Shown: piece by piece, positions 54,779 to 63,688 of the stretch
How positions within the stretch are numbered: the stretch's first letter is position 1
Layout of the letters: each line of letters begins with the position of its first letter
Made by a program: the position numbers and the translations under genes
Source of the DNA: Candidatus Gottesmanbacteria bacterium
GTDB taxonomy: Bacteria; Patescibacteriota; Microgenomatia; UBA10105; UBA927
DNA length: 63,688 nt
Assembly: GCA_023245355.1 (NCBI GenBank)
Contig: JAHFKN010000007.1
Span: forward strand, 1-63,688
Direction of reading: 5' to 3'
Notes under the pieces: generated by a model
Seen by the model: only the letters and a program-made list of their open reading frames with translations
Databases searched by the model: none
Told to the model about the DNA's origin: nothing

Positions 54779-57733
54779 ATGATCAAAGTCCCGGTTGCCG
54801 AGCGCAAGCTCAATAAGGAACAGCAGGAAGCAGTAACATACGGTGATGGACCGCTTCTGATTATTGCCGGTGCCGGAACCGGAAAGACTACCGTTGTCAC
54901 CGAGCGGATCAAACACATGATCAGTTCCGGAAGAGCGCTGCCTTCCCAAATCCTTGCACTGACGTTTACGGAAAAAGCCGCACGTGAGATGGAAGAACGG
55001 GTGGACGTCATTATGCCCTACGGGGTGACAGAAATGTGGATCTCGACGTTTCACAGATTCTGCGACCGGCTCCTGCGGCAGGAGGCGATTCATATCGGGC
55101 TCAATCCGTCGTATACACTGATGACCGACACGGACGCTACCATGCTGTTTCGGGCACACCTGTTCCATTTCCCGCTGGAATATTTCCGTCCGTTGGGAAA
55201 CCCGACGAAGTTTATAGGGGGGATACTGCAGCATTTTTCCCGCCTTCAGGATGAGGATGTGACGCCTGATCAGTACGTCGCATGGGTCAAGGCCCGGGAG
55301 GGAACACACAGTGACGAAGCGGGGATATTGGAACAGCAGAAATATACGGAGTTAGCACTTGCCTATAAAGCGTATCAGGAATTGAAGACAAAAGAGGGGC
55401 TCATGGATTTCGGGGATCTTATCACCCAAACGCTTTCACTGTTTAGGAAGCGGAAGAATATCCTGTCGTTTTATCAGCAGCAGTTTACCTACATATTGGT
55501 AGATGAATTTCAGGACACGAATATTGCCCAAAATGAATTGATCAGGCTTCTTGCTGGAACCCGGGAAAATATTACGGCTGTTTGCGATGATGACCAGAGT
55601 ATATATAAATTCCGGGGTGCGGCGGTTTCCAACGTGTTGTCATTCCGGAAGCATTTCCGGAATGCAAAACTTATCGTACTGACCCAAAATTACCGTTCCT
55701 CGCAGGCAATCCTCGATGCGTCATACCAGCTGATCCAGCACAATAACCCCGATAGATTAGAGGTAAAAGAGCATATCGACAAAAAACTGATTGCAAAGCG
55801 CGGTGTTGCGGGAGTCTGGCCGAAATTGTTGTATACGGACAGAGTGGAAAACGAAGCGGACGCGGTCGCCAAAGAAATCCGGCAGTTGCGGGAGAAGGAA
55901 ACCGTTGGCGGGAAGAAACCGGAGTGGAAGGATTTTGCGATCTTAGTCAGAGCCAATAATCACGCCGAACCGTTTGTCCGGGCGCTTATGCGCCATGACA
56001 TACCGTATCAATTCTTAGGACCCGGACAGCTGTTCCGCCAGCCGGAGATAAAAGACCTGATTGCATACCTTGAGGTGCTGCATAATTTCGAAAATACCGT
56101 TGCGGTATTCCGGGTGCTTTCCATGGAGTATTTTGCACTCAGCGCCAGGGACATTGCGGCCATAACTATATTTGCACGGAAGCAAAATCTATCACTGTTT
56201 GAAGCGTGTGAAGTCATAGCGGGGGAACGGGTAATTGACGGTGTCACGGTGCCTGTTTTGCAGGAAGCGACCGTTACGATGGTGACGGCGCTTATTAAAA
56301 TGTTTCACAAACATTTGGGACTGGTGACGAAAGAAAGTGCCGGCCAGCTGCTATTTTATTTTTTGTCCGATACGGGAATGATGAAAAATATCCTGGATTA
56401 CAGTGCGCCGATCGACGAAAAAAAGGCAAACAATATTTCAAAATTTTTCAGCAAGCTCAAAACATACGAAACGGATCACGCGGATGCAAGTGTGACGGCG
56501 GTTCTGGACTGGATTGTGTTATCCATGGAACTCGGTGAATCACCGCTCGCCAACGACAATGACTGGATGACAAATAATGCGGTAAATATATTGTCCGTGC
56601 ACGGATCCAAGGGTCTCGAGTTTCCCGTCGTGTTTCTTGTCAATCTCGTCGGCGCCCGGTTTCCCACAATCGAGCGCAAAGAAACCATACCAATCCCTGA
56701 TGAGCTGATAAAAGAAGAGCTGCCCGAAGGGGATTATCACCTCGAAGAAGAGCGCAGGCTTTGTTACGTCGGCATGACGCGCGCAAAAGATTATTTGTAT
56801 ATCACGGGTGCGAACTATTACGGAGAAGGGAAGCGGGAGAAAAAATTATCCCCGTTTGTATACGAAGTCATCGGAGAAAAAGGAATCGTGCCGCCCTCCG
56901 AGCAGCCCAAACAAATGTCCCTTCTGGACTGGAAAAAGGATACTGAAACTGTTCATAGTGACTCCGACGCAGGACATCAGCCGCTTCAGATTGCCTATCT
57001 TTCCTATTCGCAGATAGAAACGTTCAGGCTGTGTCCGCTGCACTATAAACTGAAGTACCTGCTTAATATCCCGACGCCGCCGTCGGCATCGCTTTCATTC
57101 GGTACGAGCATGCATGACGCACTGCATGATTTTTATGCACTGCATGCAGCGGGGGAACCCGTCACTAAAAAACAGCTTTTATCGTTGCTAACCACCCGCT
57201 GGCGGAAAGAAGGGTATGAAAACAAGCGGTACGAAACGGATATGAAAAAGCGCGGCGAGAAATACCTTTCGGAGTATTTCGATAAGGAATTTGATCCGCA
57301 TACGGTGATTGCGACGCTGGAACAGCCGTTTACCGTACCGGTGACTCATGACGGAAAAACATTGAAAATCGGGGGGAAAATAGACAGGATTGATCTTCGT
57401 CCTGACGGAGCCATTGAAATCATTGATTACAAAACAGGCAGGATGCCCAGTAAGCGCGAGGTAGATGCAAATTTACAGCTGTCCATGTATGCACTGGCTG
57501 CGAGTGAAATACCCGCCGTTCCGTTCGGAAAAAAGGCCGCGGATATCACGCTGTCGCTGTACTTTTTTGACACGCAGACAAAAATTTCCACCACCCGTTC
57601 CGCGGATCAGTTGGCAAAAGAAAAAATAACCATCATTGATATCGCAAGACAAATTGAGCAATCCGATTTCCGCTGTTCCGGCAATATGCTGTGTTCGGAT
57701 TGTGAATACAAACTTTTTTGCGGGATTTCCTGA
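54779..57733 (+). CDS. UvrD/PcrA-like SF1A helicase fused to C-terminal RecB-family PD-(D/E)xK nuclease
   Basis: AGAGTGKT, VDEFQD, DDDQSIYKFRGA, NYRS, SVHGSKGLEF, EERRLCYVGMTRA. Nuclease part: LSYSQI...CPLHY...GKIDRID...IIDYKTG...QL-x-MY...CSDCEYKLFC. Confidence 0.93.
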   Translation: MIKVPVAERKLNKEQQEAVTYGDGPLLIIAGAGTGKTTVVTERIKHMISSGRALPSQILALTFTEKAAREMEERVDVIMPYGVTEMWISTFHRFCDRLLRQEAIHIGLNPSYTLMTDTDATMLFRAHLFHFPLEYFRPLGNPTKFIGGILQHFSRLQDEDVTPDQYVAWVKAREGTHSDEAGILEQQKYTELALAYKAYQELKTKEGLMDFGDLITQTLSLFRKRKNILSFYQQQFTYILVDEFQDTNIAQNELIRLLAGTRENITAVCDDDQSIYKFRGAAVSNVLSFRKHFRNAKLIVLTQNYRSSQAILDASYQLIQHNNPDRLEVKEHIDKKLIAKRGVAGVWPKLLYTDRVENEADAVAKEIRQLREKETVGGKKPEWKDFAILVRANNHAEPFVRALMRHDIPYQFLGPGQLFRQPEIKDLIAYLEVLHNFENTVAVFRVLSMEYFALSARDIAAITIFARKQNLSLFEACEVIAGERVIDGVTVPVLQEATVTMVTALIKMFHKHLGLVTKESAGQLLFYFLSDTGMMKNILDYSAPIDEKKANNISKFFSKLKTYETDHADASVTAVLDWIVLSMELGESPLANDNDWMTNNAVNILSVHGSKGLEFPVVFLVNLVGARFPTIERKETIPIPDELIKEELPEGDYHLEEERRLCYVGMTRAKDYLYITGANYYGEGKREKKLSPFVYEVIGEKGIVPPSEQPKQMSLLDWKKDTETVHSDSDAGHQPLQIAYLSYSQIETFRLCPLHYKLKYLLNIPTPPSASLSFGTSMHDALHDFYALHAAGEPVTKKQLLSLLTTRWRKEGYENKRYETDMKKRGEKYLSEYFDKEFDPHTVIATLEQPFTVPVTHDGKTLKIGGKIDRIDLRPDGAIEIIDYKTGRMPSKREVDANLQLSMYALAASEIPAVPFGKKAADITLSLYFFDTQTKISTTRSADQLAKEKITIIDIARQIEQSDFRCSGNMLCSDCEYKLFCGIS

Positions 57734-57748
57734 TAATCGCACGGGGAG

Positions 57749-58576
57749 TTACGGCGTCATCGGATAATACAGTGTTTCTCCTCCGAACCCTTCCTTGAAT
57801 TTAGTAAAGCCTTTCCATTCATGATTTTTATCGGGGTGCCGCTCGTCCCATACGCCGACAAAATCAAGCGCTTTGCATCCTAAGTGTTTGGATTCTTTCA
57901 GTGCTTCCCATACCAAAAGCGTCGGGGCAAACAGTTTTTTACCTTTAGGAAGTGCGCCGGCAATCCAATAGTATGCGATATTACTCCAGCAAATCAGCAT
58001 GATTCCTCCGACTAGTTGTTTGTCCGCCGTGTACGCGAGCAAGACGGCTTTTTTTGTGTCCGGTAACGCAACCCAGAGTTTTTGAGCGCCTGCCGTGGTT
58101 ATAAAGCCCAAAAAACCGGCGGAGCGGTTTTTAAGACGGATCAGGGCATCAATATTTTTTGATACCGAAACGGTAACTCCGTTTTTCTGCGCGCGGCGGA
58201 CGGCTCTGCGCTTGGCCTCACTCAGCCTGGAAAATATTTCGTTCTCTTCGCCTCGTACATCCACGCGGATCGTTTTGGTCGGGATAAACGGATCCCTGTT
58301 CAACGCAATATGACGGGGTACGGTTTTACACCATCGCGCAAGATCCTGTTGTCGTACACGACTGTCAGGTTCTATGGCAAGTCTTCGTACGTGATACCGG
58401 TCAAGAATCGGAACGAGTTTTTTGACGGCGGGAAGGCGGGTAACCCGTTGAATTTTGGCAATCCCTCCGATGATCGGGAAGGGTTTAATGAATATATGGC
58501 ACCCGTCGAGTGTTTCTACCACCCATCCGAGCGAGCGGATATATGAAGCGTAGAGCGCTGATTGTTGGATTTCCAT
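57749..58576 (-). CDS. FemABX/MurM-like peptidoglycan bridge aminoacyltransferase (GNAT fold)
   Basis: EAKRRAVRRAQKNGV, FAPTLLVWEA, LDFVGV, GFTKFKEGFGG. Start trimmed to MEIQQS (58576). Confidence 0.8.
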   Translation of the reverse strand: MEIQQSALYASYIRSLGWVVETLDGCHIFIKPFPIIGGIAKIQRVTRLPAVKKLVPILDRYHVRRLAIEPDSRVRQQDLARWCKTVPRHIALNRDPFIPTKTIRVDVRGEENEIFSRLSEAKRRAVRRAQKNGVTVSVSKNIDALIRLKNRSAGFLGFITTAGAQKLWVALPDTKKAVLLAYTADKQLVGGIMLICWSNIAYYWIAGALPKGKKLFAPTLLVWEALKESKHLGCKALDFVGVWDERHPDKNHEWKGFTKFKEGFGGETLYYPMTP

Positions 58577-58583
58577 GTAAATG

Positions 58584-59573
58584 TCAGCCCCGGGTTTTCT
58601 GTTTGAGGATGGTCCACCGTATCGAGTCGGCAATGGTATATAGTTTATACGGCAGTGGCCGGATAACGAGATCATAGGAGCCGGAAAATTCCACCATGCG
58701 CGGGTTGAATCCCTGTTTAAACCGGTGGAATCCGAACCACGGATCGTGCGGATCAGGGTTTGGCCCCATCGCGCCCCACAGGTCGAATGATTCGTATCCG
58801 TGTGCTTTTCCCCACAATGCGATTTCCCACAGTAACAGGGTAGGCGCCATGACTTCCCGATGATCCCGGCTGGAGGTGCCGTAGGGATAGTACAGCGTTT
58901 TACCCAACGCAAATATAATCCAGGCAGCCAGTGTTTTTCCTTCGAAGCTGGCGGTAAACAGATGTGCCATACCCCTTTTTTTCATGATAGTCCACATGGT
59001 CTGATGATAGCGGGCGTTGTGCGCATAAAATCCCTGACGGCCGGTTGTTTCTTCGTTGAGCCGCAGGTATTCAGAAAACGCCTGATCGGAATTATCTTCT
59101 TTTACTTCGACGTGATGTTTTTGGGCGACCCGCAGGTTATACCGGGTTTTCGGATGCATGGAAGCAAGGAGTGTTTCTTCTGATTTGGTAAGATCCAGAA
59201 TAAACGTATATCTGGTAAAAAGCGGGCGGTGCGACGGGATAAGCGGGAGCGTTTTATCCAGCGCATGCTTGCCTGCTACGACATCCGGTTCAAGTTGGAT
59301 TGCCACTGCGTTTTTTTGGCGACCGAGTTTCATAAGGAGCGAAATCATGGCGCGGGTGGGCTTGGGTCCCTTAGGGAAATACCCGACAGTCCACGGGGTA
59401 TACGGAATACGGTGAAAGGTAATCTGCCAATTGTGCAGGCGGGCAACATCAATCCCCATGGCGGAACGGAATTGCCCCCATTCCCATGTCTGCATCGGGT
59501 GTGTAATGCCGGCATTTTGGGTGTCTTTTCCGGTTTCGGAGGGTTTTTGGGTTGTTATGCCGACCTGTTGCAT
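58584..59573 (-). CDS. FemABX family lipid II:aminoacyl transferase
   Basis: HPMQTWEWGQFR, YFPKGP, KTRYNLRVAQKHHV, YYPYG, FDLWG, GFHRFKQGF. Confidence 0.9.
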   Translation of the reverse strand: MQQVGITTQKPSETGKDTQNAGITHPMQTWEWGQFRSAMGIDVARLHNWQITFHRIPYTPWTVGYFPKGPKPTRAMISLLMKLGRQKNAVAIQLEPDVVAGKHALDKTLPLIPSHRPLFTRYTFILDLTKSEETLLASMHPKTRYNLRVAQKHHVEVKEDNSDQAFSEYLRLNEETTGRQGFYAHNARYHQTMWTIMKKRGMAHLFTASFEGKTLAAWIIFALGKTLYYPYGTSSRDHREVMAPTLLLWEIALWGKAHGYESFDLWGAMGPNPDPHDPWFGFHRFKQGFNPRMVEFSGSYDLVIRPLPYKLYTIADSIRWTILKQKTRG

Positions 59574-59617
59574 ACTGGTATTATCGCGCTTTTATAGGTG
59601 TGGTACAATATCGTGCG

Positions 59618-59812
59618 ATGAAGCAAAAACGGACAGTTCGGTCAGATACTCCGATACACTGGTTGCCTATAGATAGCCGTTTTATCAATCCTCTTTTTTC
59701 CTTCGGTCACGTGCGTGGCATTGCAAAAGTTTTCCTGACAATCGAGATGACACTTGCGGCAGGTGTGGTGACGGGGACGCTGCTTCTTGTGGTGCTTCGC
59801 CTCGCGTCCTAA
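59618..59812 (+). CDS. Small putative membrane protein (64 aa)
   Basis: TG-G-TACAAT lies 8 nt before ATG 59618. Single C-terminal hydrophobic helix. The ORF fills the gap between the fem gene and pcrA. Confidence 0.5.
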   Translation: MKQKRTVRSDTPIHWLPIDSRFINPLFSFGHVRGIAKVFLTIEMTLAAGVVTGTLLLVVLRLAS

Positions 59813-61653
59813 AGCAGCATATCGTCTTCCCGGAATCCCCGGTTTGCGTCAAGCGATACCTGTAAATCCAGAGCTGACTCGGGAATATCCGCGATAAACC
59901 GCGATATCATGTTTTGCGTTCTGGTCCCGAAGAAAAGCCGCCGGTTGGCATATGTAAGGTATAATTTTTCTTTCGCGCGGGTGATTCCTACATAACAAAG
60001 CCGGCGTTCTTCTTCTATTTCATCTTTTTCCATAAGGGAGCGGCTGTGCGGAAATATGCCTTCTTCCATGCCGACGATGGCAACGACGGGAAATTCCAGA
60101 CCTTTGGCAGCATGCAGCGTCATTAATGTGACGGCCTGACGGGCTCCCGGCGTTTCCTTTACCTTTTTGGGAATATATTCCTGTTCGACAAGGGCTACGT
60201 TTTCCAGAAATTCCGACAGCACGGGAAATTCTGTTGCCACAGAGCGCAATTCCTTGATATTTTCGAGCCGGTAGGCTTCTTCCTCCACGTTGGCATCATA
60301 GAGTTCCAGGTATCCGGTTGCTTCAATGGTTGTATCCAGCAGTTCGAGTGTGGAAAGGGCGATAAGCGTGGTATCTTTGGCGATGCGGTCTGCAAATGAG
60401 AGAAATTTTGCCAGCCTGCCTTTTCCCAGTTTTTCTATCCTGTTATAGGAAACGGTATCTTTCGGATTGGAAAGAATCCTAAGATATGCAAGTACGTCTT
60501 TGATTTCTTTCCGTTCATAAAACCGCGTGCCTCCGACTAACGTATACGGGACGCCGGCGTGAAGGAACGCCTCTTCCAGTACCCGGGATTGTGCGTTGGT
60601 CCGGTACAAGACGGCAAAATCGGAAAACGGCTTGCCGGACTGCAGAATCATATGAATGAGAAATGTCGCCTCGTCCTGTTCATTCCTCGCTTCATACAGC
60701 GTGATATGATCACCGCCTTTTTTGTCGGTCCAGAGCTTGAGGATAGGGTGTGACGTGTTTTTGGAAATCACGCCGTATGCCGCGTTTAATATCATCTGCG
60801 TCGAACGGTAGTTTTGCTCCAGGTTAAATACGGCAACATCAGGAAAATCCGAACGGAAATTCGTGATGTTCCGGAAATCCGCCCCGCGCCACCGGTAGAT
60901 CGATTGCGACGCGTCGCCTACCACGCAAATATTACGCCATCTGGCACTCAGCTGTTTGGTCAGCACGTACTGCGCTTTATTGGTATCCTGGTATTCGTCA
61001 ACGAGAATATAGTGATATTTTTCCTGGTATTTACCCAGTACATCAGGATTCCGGGAAAACAACTGCACGGTTTTCATCAGCAGGTCGTCGAAATCAAGCG
61101 CTTCATTTTCGAGCAGCAGTTTCTGATATCCCAGGTATACCCGCGCGACTGTTTCCTGAAAATTACCGCGGGCAATGTTGGGGTATTCGAGCGCCGGAAT
61201 CAGTTCGTTTTTGGCCTGCGAGATTGTGGCAAGAACCGCTCTCGGGTTGTAATTTTTCACCGAGATATCAAATTTTTTCATCACGTCTTTTATGGCGTCA
61301 ATCTGGTCGGAGTCATCATAAATGACGAAATTTTGCGGTACGTTGATATGTTTGCCGTCAATCCGTAAGATTTTGGCGCACAGCGAATGAAACGTACCGG
61401 CATACGGCAACTCTTTGGTATGTATAATGGCACGGATCCGCTCTTTCATGGCACTGGCGGCTTTGTTGGTGAATGTGACCATCAGGATGTTATGGGGATC
61501 AGCTTTCTGTTGCTCGATCAGATATGCGACCCGGTAGGTGAGTACGCGTGTTTTGCCGCTGCCGGCTCCGGCCAGAATCAGCACAGGGCCGTCCGTATGG
61601 ACGACTGCCTTTTGCTGATCGGGGTTTAAATCATTGAGGAGCCCTGAGATCAT
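59809..61653 (-). CDS. pcrA: ATP-dependent DNA helicase PcrA/UvrD (compact)
   Basis: AGAGSGKT, VTFTNKAA, TFHS, VDEYQDTN, VGDASQSIYRWRGAD, LEQNYRS, LYRTNAQS, TLHAAKGLEF, EERRLCYVGITRA. Confidence 0.95.
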   Translation of the reverse strand: MISGLLNDLNPDQQKAVVHTDGPVLILAGAGSGKTRVLTYRVAYLIEQQKADPHNILMVTFTNKAASAMKERIRAIIHTKELPYAGTFHSLCAKILRIDGKHINVPQNFVIYDDSDQIDAIKDVMKKFDISVKNYNPRAVLATISQAKNELIPALEYPNIARGNFQETVARVYLGYQKLLLENEALDFDDLLMKTVQLFSRNPDVLGKYQEKYHYILVDEYQDTNKAQYVLTKQLSARWRNICVVGDASQSIYRWRGADFRNITNFRSDFPDVAVFNLEQNYRSTQMILNAAYGVISKNTSHPILKLWTDKKGGDHITLYEARNEQDEATFLIHMILQSGKPFSDFAVLYRTNAQSRVLEEAFLHAGVPYTLVGGTRFYERKEIKDVLAYLRILSNPKDTVSYNRIEKLGKGRLAKFLSFADRIAKDTTLIALSTLELLDTTIEATGYLELYDANVEEEAYRLENIKELRSVATEFPVLSEFLENVALVEQEYIPKKVKETPGARQAVTLMTLHAAKGLEFPVVAIVGMEEGIFPHSRSLMEKDEIEEERRLCYVGITRAKEKLYLTYANRRLFFGTRTQNMISRFIADIPESALDLQVSLDANRGFREDDMLL

Positions 61654-61671
61654 AGACTATAATAGTAGCAT

Positions 61672-62346
61672 ATGAAAAAGCTTTTCATTTTGGGGAACTG
61701 GAAGTCAAATAAAACAATGGAAGAAGCGCGGGTGTGGGAGCAGAGTTTTATGCCTGACATTGCCGGTAGAACGCAGGATATTACTATCATAGTGTGTCCG
61801 GCTTTCCATCATCTGACGCTATTTGCAAACCATAAGGGACGGTATGCATTGGGAATTCAGGATATTTCTCCGTACGAGTCCGGTGCATTTACCGGAGCAA
61901 TTTCGGCAGCAATGGTGAAAGATATGGTGACATACACCATGATCGGTCATTCGGAACGCCGCAAATATTTCGGGGAAACGGATGAGCTCGTTTCGGAAAA
62001 AGTGAAACGTGCTCTGGACGCTGGTATCCGGCCGATCGTATGCGTGTCGGAGCCCGTTCAAGCAGAGCGGCTGCATGCATTGGTTCCCGCATTCAGCGAA
62101 TCCGGTCTCATACTCTACGAACCCCTGTTTGCCATCGGGTCGGGCACCTCGGATTCGCCGGAAAATGCCAACAAGACCGCCGGATTTATACACGATATTG
62201 TTCCCGTCCCGATTCTTTACGGAGGAAGCGTCACGCACGAGAATGTACAGGGGTTCGTCCGTGAAGAATACCTTTCCGGCGTCGGCGTCGGAGGTGCAAG
62301 TTTAGATCCGAAGAAATTTCAGGCACTTATCAGTGCGGTAGTGTAA
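61672..62346 (+). CDS. tpiA: Triosephosphate isomerase
   Basis: GNWKSN, IGHSERR, YEPLFAIG, LYGGSV, VGGASL. Confidence 0.95.
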   Translation: MKKLFILGNWKSNKTMEEARVWEQSFMPDIAGRTQDITIIVCPAFHHLTLFANHKGRYALGIQDISPYESGAFTGAISAAMVKDMVTYTMIGHSERRKYFGETDELVSEKVKRALDAGIRPIVCVSEPVQAERLHALVPAFSESGLILYEPLFAIGSGTSDSPENANKTAGFIHDIVPVPILYGGSVTHENVQGFVREEYLSGVGVGGASLDPKKFQALISAVV

Positions 62347-62367
62347 TATTCTCTGACAGATACCCAT

Positions 62368-63396
62368 ATGGAACCGCGGACCCGGCATGTAGATATACCA
62401 AAGATGCATCTTGTCGTCCTCCTGTTCGGAGTATTGTTGCTGTTGTTTGTGGTTTCCAAAGCAATATTGTTTTCCGCGCGGTTTATGCGAACGACAGGAA
62501 TCACTCCTACAACCCTGGTCCGGTTAATTTTTGACAACGGTGCGGATTTACATCCCATTGACGGAAGAGTAAATATGCTCCTTCTGGGTATTCCGGGAGG
62601 GGATCATGAAGGCACGGATTTAACCGATACGATTTTGGTTCTTTCATTTCATGAAAAAAATAAAACGCTGTCCATGATATCGCTTCCCCGCGATATCTGG
62701 TCCGATACGTTAAAAGATAAAGTAAACAGTGCATATCATTACGGTGAGTTGAAGAAAAAGGGGGGAGGACTGATTTTGTCCAAAGCAGTCGTTTCCGACA
62801 TGATCGGATTACCGATTCAGTATGCGCTCGTTCTGGATTTTTCCGGCTTCCGTAAAGTTATTGATTTGGTAGGGGGCATAGAGGTGAATATCCCGAAAAG
62901 TTTTACGGATCCGGAATTTCCGATACCGGGCAAAGAAAATGATGAGTGCTCGGGGGATCCGGAGTTCAGGTGCAGGTATGAGCCGCTGCATTTTGAGGCC
63001 GGGCCGCTCGTTATGAACGGAGATTTGGCACTTAAATATGTCAGAAGCAGGCATGCCGAGGGAGATGAAGGAAGTGATTTTGCCAGAGGGCGACGTCAAC
63101 AGGAAGTGCTATTGGCGCTTAAATCAAAACTCATGTCAAAAGATATTTACCTCAATCCCGGAGAATTGGAGAAATTGTACGGAGCGTTCGATGAGGCGAC
63201 TGATATGGATATGAATATCGGCGAGTTGTTGACTGTGGGAAAAATGTTTATGCAAACGCCGAAAGAGCGTACGCAGCGTATATCTCTGGAAGATAAACTG
63301 TATACGCCCCCGAGTTCATTGTACGGCCGGTATGTATTGTTGCCGGAGGAAAGTTTTGAAGCAATCCACGCATTCGTCAAATCTTCATTGAAATAA
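62368..63396 (+). CDS. LCP (LytR-CpsA-Psr) family glycopolymer transferase
   Basis: LLLGI...TDTILV...SLPRD...KVNSAY...IDLVGGIEV...ALKYVRSRH...DFARGRRQQ. Confidence 0.93.
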   Translation: MEPRTRHVDIPKMHLVVLLFGVLLLLFVVSKAILFSARFMRTTGITPTTLVRLIFDNGADLHPIDGRVNMLLLGIPGGDHEGTDLTDTILVLSFHEKNKTLSMISLPRDIWSDTLKDKVNSAYHYGELKKKGGGLILSKAVVSDMIGLPIQYALVLDFSGFRKVIDLVGGIEVNIPKSFTDPEFPIPGKENDECSGDPEFRCRYEPLHFEAGPLVMNGDLALKYVRSRHAEGDEGSDFARGRRQQEVLLALKSKLMSKDIYLNPGELEKLYGAFDEATDMDMNIGELLTVGKMFMQTPKERTQRISLEDKLYTPPSSLYGRYVLLPEESFEAIHAFVKSSLK

Positions 63397-63456
63397 GCTG
63401 CTTTTTTGTTTGATCTCCTGTCAGTGATACCTATCCCAGGAGAAATGCCCGCAGAT

Positions 63457-63688
63457 TTAAAACACCAACCCCAGAAGCAGAAGCAGGATGCCTCCGGCGA
63501 CAACACTTGCTCCCAGGACACTCGGAACACCGGCGACCGGTACTTTCGGCGTCGGATTGACGGCAATAGGAGCCGGTGTGGCAGTGGCTCCCGGAGCTGA
63601 GGTCGGACCGGTTGATACCCTACATGCGTCGCTTGATATCCAGACATTGTTGTTGTCCCGTACCTGACAGGAGAAGCTGTAGGCACCG
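63457..63688 (-). CDS. 3' end of a surface protein with Thr/Pro linker and PVAG + hydrophobic C-terminal anchor (partial, not in the ORF track)
   Basis: Open minus-strand frame from 63687: GAYSFSCQVRDNNNVWISSDACRVSTGPTSAPGATATPAPIAVNPTPKVPVAGVPSVLGASVVAGGILLLLLGLVF*, with TAA at 63459-63457. The start lies beyond the window. Confidence 0.8.
   Translation of the reverse strand, partial: GAYSFSCQVRDNNNVWISSDACRVSTGPTSAPGATATPAPIAVNPTPKVPVAGVPSVLGASVVAGGILLLLLGLVF

Noticed and set aside
58577-58912. 112-aa N-terminal extension of the second Fem ORF
   Set aside because: It overlaps the first fem gene out of frame; ATG 58576 follows that gene's stop by 7 nt.
63147-63686. 179-aa minus-strand ORF in the track
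   Set aside because: It overlaps the LCP gene by 250 bp and reads as non-protein-like. The adjacent frame (63687-63457) gives a coherent linker + anchor C-terminus.

Overview
The window is a gene-dense chromosomal segment read in standard genetic code 11. The gene content points, by inference, to a Patescibacteria/CPR (Microgenomates-like) bacterium: tandem class A PBPs, a PEGA-SH3 protein, a stand-alone VirD4-like ATPase, an orphan sugar-binding protein, several GT-C glycosyltransferases and many Thr/Pro-rich surface proteins. I found no CRISPR array, rRNA, transposase, integrase or prophage genes. Recognisable housekeeping genes are sodA, gapN, nrdR-nrdJ-pduO, idi, tsaD, groES-groEL (with sigma70 promoter and CIRCE), tatD, metG, rmuC, pcrA, tpiA and two tRNAs. 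The most notable observations are: (1) a tRNA-Ile with anticodon UAU (32129-32200), rare in bacteria; (2) a possible three-state attenuator (1334-1459) before an unknown 77-aa ORF; (3) an NrdR-boxed operon of a B12-dependent class II RNR and a cobalamin adenosyltransferase; (4) -10 hexamers 6-8 nt upstream of many start codons, suggesting leaderless mRNAs, including a symmetric 18-bp divergent promoter between pcrA and tpiA; (5) a PcrA with a shortened 2B subdomain near an RmuC / hydrolase / UvrD-RecB-nuclease operon; (6) orphan genes before a VirD4-like ATPase and an unexplained ATP-grasp enzyme; (7) an AT-rich TMTC-like glycosyltransferase; (8) a partial CDS missed by the ORF track, ending in an LPxTG-like PVAG-hydrophobic tail. 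Family assignments come from motif recognition only; no database searches were run.
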